Assembly: GCA_028534125.1 (NCBI GenBank)
Contig: CM052818.1
Location: 13,518,001-13,582,000, forward strand
DNA from: Lama glama
Lineage: Eukaryota
Direction: 5' to 3'
DNA length: 64,000 nucleotides
The notes beneath the pieces are model-generated. The model had not been told where the DNA came from. It made no database searches and saw nothing but the letters and a program-made list of their open reading frames with translations. The position numbers and the translations under genes were made by a program. This document shows, one piece after another, positions 26,521 through 39,915 of this stretch (position 1 is its first letter; every line of letters starts with the position of its first letter).

Positions 26521-28057
26521 AAAACACTGGTGGATTATAAAGTGCCACACATATGAAAACTATTACTGAAGTTTTTAATTTCTTTGATTTATAAATCAGC
26601 AGATTCCACTGAAGAGGATTTTATATGACTCACTTTTAATCCTCTCCTAATCTCCAAATAAATGATGGACAGAGGGGAAGCCTGGTATAAAATGGTAGCA
26701 TCTGAACTTTAATAAACCTAATGGTAGAAAAGAAATGAGGAGAAAAAGTGGGTCCAGATTAGTTTTTACACAACAATCTCAAGGTTCCAAGGCTGACTGC
26801 ATATACATTCTCTGGCTACCTTCTGTATTGCTCAGTGGAGACTAGAATATGCTTTCAAGAGTTAGATCCATCTTCCAAAGGGATAGGTATCAAGAGATCA
26901 CATCAGTTAAGGTCTGAGTTTCAAATCTGCTCTTTCATGTCCATTCCTCTTCAGGATGTGGCTGAGAGCTCTGCCAAAGATTTTCACTGTAACGTGTGGG
27001 CGATTCCCAACAGAGTGCACATTCCCTACTCTTCTCTCTGCCACGATGGGTCCTTATGTCACTTATTATATTTATGCCATTAGAATCTCTTTCTTTTCCT
27101 CTACAATACTTTTTTTCTTTATAAAAAGGACATATTGATTATAGAAAATTTAGAAAATATAAAAGTGTTCTTGATCAAGTAAGAAATTGACCCAGAAACT
27201 CCAAAAAATTGTTTTCTAATTCTCTCCAGAGAATAAAAAGTGAAGTTCAACCTTATTTTGTAGGTGAATTAAGCTCTGAAAATTTCCTTGAAGGTTATTA
27301 TCCAGCATTCTGGTTGCACTCCTTCTTTAAAACAGTATCATGAAAGGCTATTAAGTTTTCAGAAAAGCCCAGAAAATCTTACTTAATGTATAATGGAGCT
27401 GAACTATAGCACGGGTAGAGTTATGACACCAAGTTACCAGACTCGAGGCTCCTTCCAGAAGGCAGTGACTTTGCCAGACATTTCTGAATCTCTAGCCACT
27501 GGCACATATTGGGCATGAAGCAATGGTGATTTCTAGCTTTGATTTTATAAAGAAAGGGAAACTGGCTTTGTGGGCATCTCCTCCCAAGAGCAGTATTATA
27601 AGCACCCACAATTTCCATAGTTGGAAGGAAAATGAAGCCATGAGGTTAAAGAAGGAGACTTTTGTGTGTAAAGATCACTGGCAGATTGAATGCTCACAAA
27701 TTGGGGACCTGCTTACTAGAATGTGTTAAAGAATGATCTCAGCATCTTCTGCTTTGTTGGTGACACATACAGTCAACAGCCAGTCATACTTATTCGATGG
27801 CTCTCTTCTATTTGTTAACTAACATATTGGTTTTTGGAAAAAACACAGAAGTATTTCTGAAGGCAACAAATTGCCTGACTCCACTAAATTTTCCCCTTTC
27901 TGGGCCTATAACAGTAGGCACAAAAGAACTGGAGAATAATAAATGTTCAAAACAATACAATTTAATATAAGAATAAATTAAGTAACTCATTCTTTGCAAT
28001 GGGTTGATTTCTTAAAAATTTGGATCATACTCATTAGTGCATTTCCTCTTTTTTTAA

Positions 28058-28560
28058 ATTTATTCAATAAATATTTGCCTATAGTTTCTATGTGCCAAGT
28101 TCTGGTCCAGGTTCTAGGTATACAACTATAATCTCAGCCCCTCACAAAATTTCCAACTGGTAAAGTCAGGAGAAGACTAACAGGGAGCAAGCATCAAACA
28201 AATAAATATATATTTCCCATCTGTAATAGATGCTATGATAGGGAAAAACAGGAGGGATCTACTGAAAGAGAGTAGGAGTGAAAAGCATTGCAGGTAAAGG
28301 AATCTACCTGTATGGGTACTCAATGAACTGAGAGGAAAACGATGTGGCTGAACAAGTGAGCAAAGTAGCAAGTGGCATGAAACAAGGTTACAGGAACTTG
28401 CAGGAGTCTGGATTCCATTCTAAGTCCAAGAGAAGCCACTGAAGGCTAACGCCAAGGGGGAGGTGACCTGGTTTATGTTTTAGAAATATCACTGAGTGTT
28501 GGATGAAGGATAGATTTGAAGAGGTTCAAAAAGTGGAAGCCAGGAAATCAAATGGAAGCT
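28058..28560 (-). mobile_element. LINE-2 fragment
   Basis: ttattcaataaatatttgcc...tatgtgccaagttctgg...ccactgaagg...gtttatgttttagaaatatcact. Confidence 0.7.
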
Positions 28561-28694
28561 TTGTCTTCAGAGGAACCAAAATTCTTTAAAAAAAAGAAAA
28601 AAAGTAAATGATGGACACATCCTGTCAAAATATGTCTGGGCACTGGGAAAAAGGGTCTTTGATATTATATGTTTAATAATTTATATAATTTCTA

Positions 28695-28832
28695 TATCTG
28701 TTCAGTGTCTATCTCTCCCATTAGAAAGTAAGCTTGGTGAGGGTAGGAAGGTTGCCTTTGTTCACTCCTGTATCTCCAGTTCATATAACATTGCTTGCCA
28801 CATACAGTCTCAATAAATATTCCCTGAATATT
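28695..28832 (+). mobile_element. LINE-2 3' end
   Basis: tctctcccattagaaagtaagctt...ttgttcactcctgtatctccag...ctcaataaatatt. Confidence 0.75.
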
Positions 28833-29502
28833 GAAGGAACCATGTATTTAATTCTTTGTGAAGCAAAGAACCCTTCTGTAAAGCAAATCATCATCCTGTG
28901 TCTTATCCATTTTGAAAGTCTAGATATTCATACATCAACTAAGAGGAACTTGAAGGAAAAGTAAACCAAGTCAAATAAAGTTTATTGTACTGAATGGAAT
29001 GACCTCATAAAATGTAAATCCCAGGAAGACAGAAACCTTGATTGTGCCTATTAAGTATTTTAATGAATAAATTAATGAAGCCAGAGTTCAAAGTATTTAT
29101 TTGTGGTTTCCAGGATTGTGTCCTTTTAATAGATAATAAACAATTTTGCATTTTAAGATGGTATTTTAGCTATCCATTGAAGCATTTAAAGTCACCTAAT
29201 TTGACAGCTATTATAGCAAGCTGATTGGCATGAGTTGCAGAATAAAAGGCTTCCACCTATTTTGGAAGGAAACAATACCAGTATTGTGGCATGGCATGCA
29301 ATAAACTGGCAGAATGATCCATCCAGTCATCCCAAAGATCTCTGCTACCTTGGCCCCAGAAACCCAGACGTCAGGAGTGAACTGTCATCATTGGACATCA
29401 ACAGACTTCAGAGGGTCATCACTGGATACTAAGGTCAGCAAGTTAGTGGGTTTTTAGACCCCTTCAACTGGAAATTGTCCCTTGAGGTAAGCTCTACAAA
29501 GC

Positions 29503-29963
29503 TGTATTCGTTTTCTGTTGCTGCTGTAACAAATTACCACAAACTTAGTGGCTTAAAACAGCAGAAATTTATTCTCTCAAAGTTCTAGATGTCAGAGGCC
29601 CAAAATCAAGGTGTCAGCAAGATTTGGTTCCTTCTGGAGGTTGTGAGGGAGAAACCATTCCTTATCTCTCTCCTAGTTTCTGGTGGCTACTGATAATCCT
29701 TGGCTTGTAGACATATTCTCCCAATCTTTGCCTCCTTCTTTACATTGCTTTCTTATCTATGTCTTCTCCTCTGTGAGTCATCTCCTCTCTTCTCCTCTAA
29801 GAACACTTGTTATTGGATTTAGGACTCATCCTAATCCAAAACTGTCTCATCCTAAGATCCTTAACTTAATTGTATCTGCAAAGACTCTTTTTTTCAAATA
29901 AGGTCATATTCACAGGCTCTAGATGGACATATATTTTGGGAAGCTACCATTCAATCCACTACA
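29503..29963 (-). mobile_element. MaLR solo LTR (MLT1B/C-like)
   Basis: tgtattcgttttctgttgctgctgtaacaaattaccacaaacttagtggcttaaaac...attcaatccactaca. Confidence 0.9.
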
Positions 29964-31614
29964 AGGACCAAAAGCAAGGTTAAAGCTTTAAAAAAAATTG
30001 TGCAGTTCCAATGAGGTAGCTATCTAAATCAATATGACAGAATAGATGTTTTCAGGGAAAGAGGGGAAAGATATTTTGTTTTAACATGAGGTTCCCAAAT
30101 TGTTTTTTGTTTGTTTCTTTCTTTTTTTATGAATAGAAAAAATGAAGAGGAAAAGTAGGTGCCTAATTATTTAATTAATTCATATGAATCAATATCGGAG
30201 TTCCTTGAGGCGGTACCCAAGTTAAGGAGAGGGGTCTAATCACGAAAGTTGGTAGATGGTGGAGGAGGCCTTACCAGGCATTCTAGGCAGTTCTTTGGGC
30301 CTGTCAGGAGCATCAGTTCTGTTCTACATTGCTTCCCCTGCCCTCATCTCTCCAAACTCATTTTGAAAAGCGTTTTCCAAATATTAAGCTTTCTCTAGAT
30401 CCTGAGATACTAAACTAGCAACTCAGATCTGACTCTGGATGCTGACTTCTTGTCTAACCACTTAATTTTCAGTGCTTGATGTTGAACTGTACCTCTACGG
30501 GGATGAACCCACTAGAGCAGCTCAAGGTGAAAGACCTGATCCCTTTCTCTGACCATCAACCCCCAAACCCCATCCTTTCTCTTTGATGTGCAGATGCAAC
30601 AGATTGTCCCAAATTCAATAGATGCTTGTGCATTGTCCAGAACCCCTTCCTTTACACCCTCCCTGGCGATCTGGTGTGGAAGAAACAGCCAGCCTTGGCT
30701 GACAGCTTGGGCGACATTACAAGGCACATGAGGCAGGAAGAAGCACTGCCAAGATTTCGTTTCTGTTTTTGCTGGTCTCTGCTGTGGTTTCCAATGAAAA
30801 GAACAGTTTTAAGAAGGTAAAGTTGGCAGGGCCACATTGTGTCAATGGGCTACTTTCAGCTTTGAAGAGCACAGCTTTTTTTCTTTTTCTTGGGGTACAG
30901 TCCTCTGGAAGGTTGGAATTCATTTCTGGCATGGTACTTCACTAGAATCAATTGTGCATGTTTAAAATTGTACTTTCAATGTTATTTTAAGTACCTATTT
31001 TATAATTCCAATAAACTACTCTCAAGCATGATGTAATACTGATTAATGACACTTCTCTGGTACACCAAGAGCTCTCAGTTCTACCTTGTGCCTCAGTGCT
31101 CACCTGAAGCATCCCATTAATCATTGTTATGCTACAGTCTGTCCTATCATATTGCTTAATTACCTTTTCTGTTACTCATTCATCTACTCTATTAATCCCC
31201 ACAGAACAAATTCATCAAACCCTGAAGTCCTGAAGCAATGGAGTTCCTGGTCTTGACAGAACCTAGCCCTAGAAGCAGCTTATCCATAAAAGATGGAAGG
31301 ATCCTAAGACTCTTGATACTCAAGAAAAACAACCTTAACACACATTGTCTACACAAGGGAATCTTGTCTCTCTTTCTTCTTTGCAGACCCAAATCTTACC
31401 CACCTTTCAAGGCTCAGCTAAATCTTTGCAACCTCCATGAATTCCTCCTCAGTTAAGTCTTTTATTGCCAATATCACAATCTACATCACTTAACTTTGTT
31501 ATTTCATTCATTCTTTGTGATTTTGTATATGAATATTAATTCAGCTGAACTTTGAATTTCCTTACATCAGGCTTAATGTTTAATACTCTTTAGTATAAAG
31601 AGTAAGAATTGTAA

Positions 31615-31850
31615 ATAATAATGATAACATTTATTGACTATTTACTATATACCAGGTACTGGGGCCAGTGGTTTACATAGGTTATCTAATTAATTATATC
31701 AACAATCTTTGATTGTTGTACTTTTATTGCTATCTTCACTACATAGAGGCAAAAGTGCCCATGTTCCCACACTTAGTAAAACAGATATATAAACCCAGGA
31801 AGCCTCAGTCCAAAATCCAGGGGTTAGATCACTAAGTAGCACTGCCTCTC
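31615..31850 (-). mobile_element. MIR SINE
   Basis: ataacatttattgactatttactatataccaggtactgg...aaacccagg...cactgcctctc. Confidence 0.7.
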
Positions 31851-34354
31851 AGAAACTTCAGTGCCTGGCAGTATAGTAGGCACACCATTATTTAGCTTAA
31901 ATGTTTAATTAATTGATTGATTAATTGTTTAGCTTGGATGAAAATTCCTATTCTTCAGAATGGAAAGAAGAAAAAAATGTGGGTTCAGATTAGGATAAGG
32001 ACAAGAGATAGGAAATATCTAAACCTGAAAGAAAAAAAAAACTGTTAAGTATGTGGAGTGGGAGAAAATACTCAAAAGATCAGGTGTACAGAATTTTACA
32101 TTCTATGGGACATATTTCCACGTAAAAATTTAAATAGAGTTTTGAAATTTAATAGGGGTATGGTGAAGCCATAACATAGTTTCATGATATCAAACTTTAT
32201 TCTAGAAGACATAATAGTGACTGAACCAATAGACTTGAATCAGATGTTTCTAGTCACATTTTCACTGTTTCTTACCAACATTTCCTAACCCTTGTCTCTC
32301 AAGCAGTCAATGGGAACCATACTTGCAGTCTCTCTTAATGGGGAACTAAGGGCAAAAACGCAGGCAACTGTTCTCTCCTACCAAAAACTGTGTAGTAAGA
32401 TGTACCGAAATAGGAATGGACTTTCTAACCATAAATTATTTTCTAATATAAAAATCATCAGCAATAACCCGTTGTATTTCAGAATATTTAGAAGACAGAT
32501 ATATCATTAAATCACAGAAGATAACTGGATACATTGTATTTTAAGTTACTGAACCTATTATGGAAGGTGCCTTAATAGTAGGAAAGCAAAGTACGTAGTT
32601 GCTGGAATAGGCTAACTGTTGGAGGGCTTCAGTTTCACCACAACACCTCATACCGCATTTTTGTGCATATGTATGCATATATATACATGGACAGGGAAGA
32701 GTTTTCAGTAAAGTGTTTGCAGTGTTTATCTTTGGGAGATAGAAATTGGGATGTACTTACCTATACCATTTGAATTTTTATAATGACTGTGTGTACATTT
32801 TCACAGAAATAGTACATCTACTTAACTTTATATATTTGGCTTAACAAGTTATTGAGATGAGTTAAAATGGAAACTTGGTGGATATCAGAAACAATTGAGG
32901 CCAGTATCAGTCACATATGCCTTATTGTGAAGGTTGAAAGAGTGGATTTTGTTAGGAATTAAGGGAAGAGAATAAGAAGACTTCAGCTGCTGGGAGTGAA
33001 GTGAGGTTAGGAATACCACCCAAAATGAGAAATGACCTACCATACTAAGTCCAAAAATACCAACAATTACCTTTGCTTGCTTCATATTATTTCATAAACC
33101 TGGAAACTGACATTGACAGGAAAAATGAAGTTAACATATTCAGACTCTAATTCGGATTCCAGGACTCTTTACAAAATCACAGAATTTTGAAAATCAGACA
33201 GAGTGAAGCCAAAGAGCATACCCAATGTAAACACTAGAGGAACATGTTACCATCTCCTTCCAGAGTTCAACACATTTTGTCTATTTGGTTTATATAATGG
33301 TTGTTTGCACATGCTCACAGTGGAAAAACTAATTATTCACATAACGCTGTGTTTTGGTTTTATATTACCTCTTCTTTTTTTTTTTTCCTTAACCAAATAT
33401 TGTTTTCAAAACTGAGTATCTTAAGAGAGCAGATTTTCCTAGGATTCCTCACATTGGCTACAAGAGTGCTAGTCAACATAAGAGGCACTAGGTAAAAAGT
33501 TCTTTTCCTTGACATCTTAGGAAAGAAGTTTATAACTCCTCCAGGGATGAGAATGAGAATAAAATCAAGTGGGAAGATTCATTTCCACAAATAATAGCTG
33601 TATCTCTAATGTGTGCAAAAGCATTGTGCTGCAGCACCAGCCTACAGTAGTACATAAAATACCAGATTTCTAGACATCAGTACACAGGTCTTCAGAACAT
33701 CCTGGTAAAGTAAATAATCATCAAATGCCATGAGGATCTGCAATACGTAACATAACTCTAATAGAAAAACTTGTCCTGAGTATTTGAGAACTCAGGGAAA
33801 ACTGAAACCTCCTACCTCCCAGATTTATACTCTATCTACTTCAGAAAGCCTTCTCCAACTCCAATTCTTATCTCAAAATCTTTCCAAAGACTTATTTATT
33901 CCTAATGACTCCTAACATCGGCAGAATCAGAGAACTTCTAGAAAAAGTTTCAAACATTTGCCTCTTGTACATAAAGACTGATTCAGAAGACTGATTCTAA
34001 ATGCAGGGAGACTTTGCTGATAACACATCTACTTTTTTAAAATTATTATTCAATGCTTTCATTTTCCATAAACTTTCTTTGAAAATTCTATAATTATTGC
34101 AGCTACAAATCAGCCTTCGATTAGCTAACTTGTGCCATCTAAAGGCTATATTGAGAACCTCTTTGACATAGAAAAATAAAATAAAGATAAATAATAAATA
34201 ACAAGTATAATAAAATAATTAAAAATATTTGTATCAGGCTCTCTGCAAAAGAATTCAAAAAATTGCTTTGTGAGGCTAAAATGTAAAATACGTAATAAGG
34301 GCTCAGGCAGATACTATTGATATTACTTCAAATTAAAATTAAAGAGAAAATCAA

Positions 34355-34510
34355 GAAACCTCTGAGCTCTAATCTTAGTGCTGTCACCTATAAGCTGTGG
34401 GATCTTAGGCAAGTTATTTAATCTCTCTGGACTTCATATTTCTCATCTATAAAATAAAAGCGTTAAACATGATTTCAAAAGAAACTTCACAGTATAATCT
34501 TTTGATTTTA
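34355..34510 (+). mobile_element. MIR/MIR3 SINE
   Basis: agctgtgggatcttaggcaagttatttaatctctctggacttcatatttctcatctataaaat. Confidence 0.75.
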
Positions 34511-34599
34511 TGAAATAAAAAACTTAAAGTTATAAATATTTACATGAAATTCAAGAAAATGGATAGGTTTAAAGAAGGGTTAGTAAATTAAGAGAGAAG

Positions 34600-35021
34600 T
34601 GGAATAAGTCAGAGCCTTTCATAGTCCTTTCCCCCTTTTCAACTATTTCCTCTTTTTCCTGGGCATACAGTGGTGTATACTTTCCACTCTCCCTCATAGT
34701 TTGATTTTGACCATGGACCTAAGTTCTAGTCAAGGAATGTTAGTAGAATGACAGGTGCCACTTCCATGTCTAGCCCATAAAAGCACCACATGTGTGACAC
34801 CCTCCATGCTCTTCCTGCCTTCTGCCAGCTTGATGTGGACATGTGCAACCACCTTGAGAGGAACTGAACATCTGTATTAACACTTGGAACAGACCCACCC
34901 ACCTATTTATCAGAAGTACCCATTTGGGATTCCACACAAGCAAGAAACAAGCTTATTTCCTGTCTTAGCCATTACATATCATTGAGTTTGTTATGCCAGG
35001 TAGCTATACTCGAACTGGTAC
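34600..35021 (+). mobile_element. MaLR LTR (MLT1J-like)
   Basis: ttcctgggcatacag...agttctagtcaaggaatgt...gccacttcc...gcccataaaa...gtttgttat...aactggtaca. Confidence 0.7.
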
Positions 35022-35709
35022 AACAAATCTTTTTCATTCAAATTGACCAAGGACAGATTGTGTTTCTTCTTTCTGGAATCCCTTAAAAATTAGCAAATCA
35101 AAAATCATGTGGTATATATGACTTTCTAATTTTGTTTGCACTGTGGACTCAAATAAGAATGTGCAAATTTTGGTTGTTACCTCAAGAAAAAAAAAACAAA
35201 AGAAAGCACCATGAGCCATAATAAATAGGATGACATAATCAGAGCTAAAAGGAAGGTAGAAACAGCTTGCAAAGGTAACCCTGAAATGGCAATGGGCCTA
35301 ATATAATGTTGCACAAAACTGATGTTCAATTACTTGAACAAAACAATGAGTAAATGAATGAATGGACCACAAATCTAATGATTTCTAAAGTGGGGTAGGA
35401 AAAAAAAAAGATTTATTGCCCATGCCATAGAAAGTCTAGATTTATTTCATTCACATGATCAGCAATGTTGTCAGTGCAAGAGAAAAACTCTAATCATAAT
35501 GTGTTCTCTACTGATTTGTCAGTTCACCAATATGTGGGATATTTGGAATTCATTCAGACTCATTCTAGGCTTCTACCATAAACCTGGCTCTGTTTTCTAC
35601 CCCCAAGAGGCACATGACCCCGGGACCTGAAGATTTTCCATGTAACCTCAGTAGGCTCCCAGCCTCCTCTGTCTTCTTCAGTATTTTCACCCTCACTCGT
35701 GGAGTAGGA

Positions 35710-35945
35710 CTAGCACAGAGATGAAGAGCACAGTATCTAGAGTAAGCATGCCTGGGTGAGAACCTGCCTCTGAAATTTTTAGTCTTGGGGGTTTGGGAAA
35801 GTTCCTCAAGCTTTTCTTCTCTCTAAACGGGACTACTAACAATACCCACTATTGCAGTTGTTACAAGGAATCACTGAGAAACTCCAAAGTTAGGACACTG
35901 CTTGACACACACTAAGTTAATTCTCCATCAATTTTAGATATTATC
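35710..35945 (+). mobile_element. MIR SINE
   Basis: aagagcacagtatctagag...tgcctgggtgagaacctgcctctg...ctaacaatacccact. Confidence 0.6.
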
Positions 35946-36787
35946 TTTTCTCTTCACTAAGGACATATGGTCTTAAGATGGCAGGCACCAGTGGGAAAAA
36001 CATCAGGCAGCATGTCAAAATTCCCAGATTGTAGTTTCAGGTCTGTTATTAAACAGATATTTTAATGTAAGCATGTCATTTAACATCTCTGAGTCTCAAT
36101 TTTCTTATCTTTCAAATAAGAGAGATGGATAGATGATTTATATTTTCCCTTCCCACTCTATAATTCTACATCTTATGTCTTATTCAGGCCTCTGTAATCT
36201 ACTGCTCAATACTTTGTTCAGCACATAAAGTGCACACAGACGATTTCATAACCTCTTTCTGACACCTACTCCAATTATTTTAAGACATGAGAGTTCACTC
36301 ATGGCATCTTTGCCATATGGTAAAGTGTGTAATAGGAAAGGCAGGTGGAGTCAAGCAGGACTCAGATGTCCTATCAAACACCCTGAGGGCAGATGTTACG
36401 GCCGAGTGTGGGATCCATGGGAACGTCTGCAGAGAGCATCAGTAACTCACAGAAGCTGCCACATTTACCTCCTAGTAAAGCACCTCAGGGATAAATAGCA
36501 GAATTTGAAGCACAGAAGGCACTCAAGAAATATGTTGCTTTGTTTATTTATGTGGAATACTCATTTCTTGATCCTAAAGAAACGAATGTGAAGAGACAAA
36601 AAAGAGTATATTTCTTGCTTCAGGTAAGGAATTACATATTTTGATTCCCTAGGGTCAACAAATAGAAGATTCTCAATATATGTATGTTTGATGAATAAGT
36701 CAATCTGTATTTTCTAGTCCTGTGTTAACAAATGCAGGCTGATAGACTCTTGTAAATTTAAGCTTTATAATTTCTCCTAATGAAGCA

Positions 36788-37309
36788 TGTGGTATATCAT
36801 TATAATAATGGTTGCCAAGTACTCACTTCTCCCTCTGCCTATGCCCTTCAATGTTATGTTGTTGCTTCTCCAATAAAGAGGTGGGGCCTCTTTCTTCACC
36901 TGCTGCCCTGGGGACTTGCTTTGACTTTTAGAATGTAATAGAAGTGATATTGTGAAAATTGCAGAGCTAAGATCTAAATATTCCTTGTAGCTTCCACCTG
37001 TGCACTCTTAATGGCTCAGCCACCACGGAAAAAAAGATTGGGTTCAAATACTGATGAGAGACCATAGAGAAAGCTGTCCCAGTTTGTCAACCATCCCTGC
37101 CAAGGTCCCAAATGTGAAGGTGAAACCATCCAGACTCTCCAACTCTAGCAGACCCACCAGATGAATGCCACAACATGAGGGAGTCTAGGTAAGACTAACA
37201 GAAGCACTTCCCCGCCAAGCCACAGAACCGTGAGAAACAGAAATTGTCATTGTATTATAACACTGAGTTTTGTGGTGGGTTTATTACACAGCAAAATATC
37301 ACTGATGCA
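36788..37309 (+). mobile_element. MaLR LTR (MLT1G/H-like)
   Basis: tgtgg start, gacttgctttgac...agaatgtaatagaagtga, cacagaaccgtgagaaa...cactgagttttgtggtgggtttattacacagcaa. Confidence 0.8.
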
Positions 37310-37608
37310 AAACAATTTCTGGGCCAGAATTAGAAACAGTCACACCATAAGGTGTTTCACAAAAATAAGATTATATCGGCAATTCTGTTAGAGGGGAAAA
37401 GGGAAAAGAGAGGAAAAAAATTTAAATATTATATATGATAAAGGATAAATTCTCAGATTTTGTCAATATGCAAATTGTGCAGGAAATGCAATACAGGGAT
37501 CAAATGTCACATTAAATCTATTCATTGGTTTGGTTTCCTGCAGAAAACAGTTTCCAAATAGTAGATGATTTTTTAGAATGAATGAATTATTCATTAGTTA
37601 TCACTCAT

Positions 37609-38100
37609 TGCATTAGTTACCTATTTCTGCATAACAAATCACCCAAAAGCTTAGTGTTTAAAAGAACAACAGTCATTTATTACTCTCACAGTGTCTGTGG
37701 ATCATGTATACAGGAGAAGCTTGGTTGAACAGTTGTGACTCAGAGTCTCTCATAAGGTTGCAGATGAGGTGTTGGCTGGGGCTGCAGCCATCTAAAGGCT
37801 GGACTGGGGCTGGGGAATCTAAGGTGTCTCACTTACATGGCTGACAAGTTTGTTCCTCTCCACTTAGGCTTCTTCTTGTAGCTACTTGTGTGTCCTCACG
37901 CCATGGTAGCTGGCTTCCCACCAAAGATCCAAGAAACCGAGGCAAAAGCTGAAATGTCTCATGGCTTAGCCTCAGAAGTCACACAACAGCACTGTTGCCC
38001 ATATTCTACATTCTACATAGAGTAGCTCTGAGATAATACAGGAGGAGACTACACTAGGGTGAAGATGATTGCGAGTCCTCTTGGAGACTTGGCTTCCACA
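37609..38100 (-). mobile_element. MaLR LTR (MLT1F/G-like)
   Basis: ctgcataacaaatcacccaaaagcttagtg...ggctggggctgcagccatctaaaggctggactggggctgg...cttagcctcagaagtcacac. Confidence 0.82.
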
Positions 38101-38253
38101 ACCTCATTGCCAAAAAAAAAAAAAATTGAGAGCTAATACTAAAAATACATATGTAACAGGATTATTAAAAATAATGTTAGAAAGTGAAACCAGAAACCAT
38201 AAAGAGGCAAGAAGGAAGCTAATTCTATCTGGTTGTTTGGGTAAGATATTTAT

Positions 38254-38597
38254 TATAAGTCCATAATCCTTTAATGGAAATCCCTGAGGCCAGACACATT
38301 TCAGAATTCAGAATTTTTTTTTTGATTTTTAGGAAGGTAAGGAGGCAAGGAGGTACATGTATGCACTAGATATTATACTATACCTACCAGTATTGTGTGA
38401 GAAACAACTTAAAATCTACTGCATTGTTATTTATGCAGAAAAATGTGTGAATTTTCAAACTAAGTGAGATAAAGCCTTTAAATAGTTATATACATCCATT
38501 AGGTCAGATTTTGACAACAAAATTTTTTAAAGTCCATGTCTTCAAGGTTAGAGTTTTTGGGTTTTCAGCATTGCAGGTAAAATATTGTGAACCTATA
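38254..38597. mobile_element. TcMar-Tigger-type non-autonomous DNA transposon
   Basis: Degenerate TIRs tataagtccataatcc / attgtgaacctata with TA ends, and internal gccagacacatttcagaattcagaattt. Confidence 0.6.
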
Positions 38598-39189
38598 GAA
38601 GTTGCAAGTTCACAGGATGAGAACCTGTGGCTATAGATTCCCTTAGATTGTATGCATCCATCCCCATTTCCAGGTCTTGTCTCCCTAATAACTCCCCAGT
38701 ACTGCTGATCAAATTTGTCCCACAAACTCAGATACTCAGAGACATCCCACTTACATTTGAGGTCTCCTAATGACCTATTTTTCTGTCTTGTATTTTGATT
38801 CACGGGCTTGGTTTTCATATTTGCTCAGCTATACTCCACCTCTGTTTTCAGGTTTACAACTACCGTTTTTATCACTGACAGCTCACAGTAACTATTGCAT
38901 ACTCTACGAAGTAGGACAGTTACCACACTTGAACCATAGATTTAGCTGTTTCCTGACAATCAAAGTGAAAAAGCATAGAAATTGTTTGAGAGAAACCATT
39001 ATTTTCTTTGTGTTAAATTCTGATAGAAATTTAGTCACATGGACTATTTAAAAGCACATACCTCTAACCTCAGAGTAGAGGCATCCAAAATAAGACACAA
39101 CACTTCCCAGAAGTCAGAAAATAAAAACAAATTTAGTTTATCTAAAATAAAAACAGGAAATTTCTAAACAGACTTAAAAAGCAAGTGAC

Positions 39190-39700
39190 AGACTGGTTGA
39201 AAACTTTGCAACATATAAAACAGAGATGAGATTAATGAGAGCTCCTACAAATTAATAATAAAAGGACACAAAAGCACAACAATAGGAAATTTACAGAAAA
39301 TGTATCTAAATATCTAAAAATATATGAAGAGATTCTTGACATCACTAGGAATGAGGAAAATATAATTTTTAAAAGTGAGACTATTTTTTACCCATTAGAT
39401 GGGCAAAATTTTATAGTTTGATAATATTAAGTATTCACAAGGTACAGGGAATAGCATTGTCATATACTATTAATGGAAGTGTAAATGGTACAAACTTTGC
39501 AGAGGGTAGTTTGGCAATACCTGTCCCAATGTTCGATGCAGATACACTTTAATGTTTGATTTCAATTCTAGGATTCTATTGTCACACATGAACAGAGATA
39601 TGAGTAGAAGGATTTTTAACTGCAGCATTGTTTCAAATAGTGAAAAATGCAAAAAAAAAAAAACTATCAGTAGAGGACTGTTTAAAAAAAAAAAGAAACT
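39190..39700 (+). mobile_element. Old L1 (L1ME-like) ORF2 3' fragment
   Basis: gagctcctacaaattaataa...tggaagtgtaaatggtacaaactttg...gcagcattgttt. Confidence 0.7.
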
Positions 39701-39711
39701 ACGGTATAGCC

Positions 39712-39915
39712 CAAGAGTTTGCTATCCATGTGCCCCTGGGCCTCGGGCTGTTTTTGTACTGCCTGCAAGCCAAGAATGGTTTTTACGATTTTAGAGAGTT
39801 AAGGAGGACAAAGAAGAAAAGGAGGAGAAGGAAAGGAAGAATTTGCAACAGAGACCTTATATGACCCAGAAAGCCAAAAATATTTCTATCTGGCCCTTTG
39901 TAGGAAAAATTTGAT
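39712..39915 (+). mobile_element. MER58-family hAT MITE
   Basis: ctgtttttgtactgcctgcaagccaagaatggtttttac...gcaacagagacc...aaagccaaaaatatttctatctggccctttg. Confidence 0.85.
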
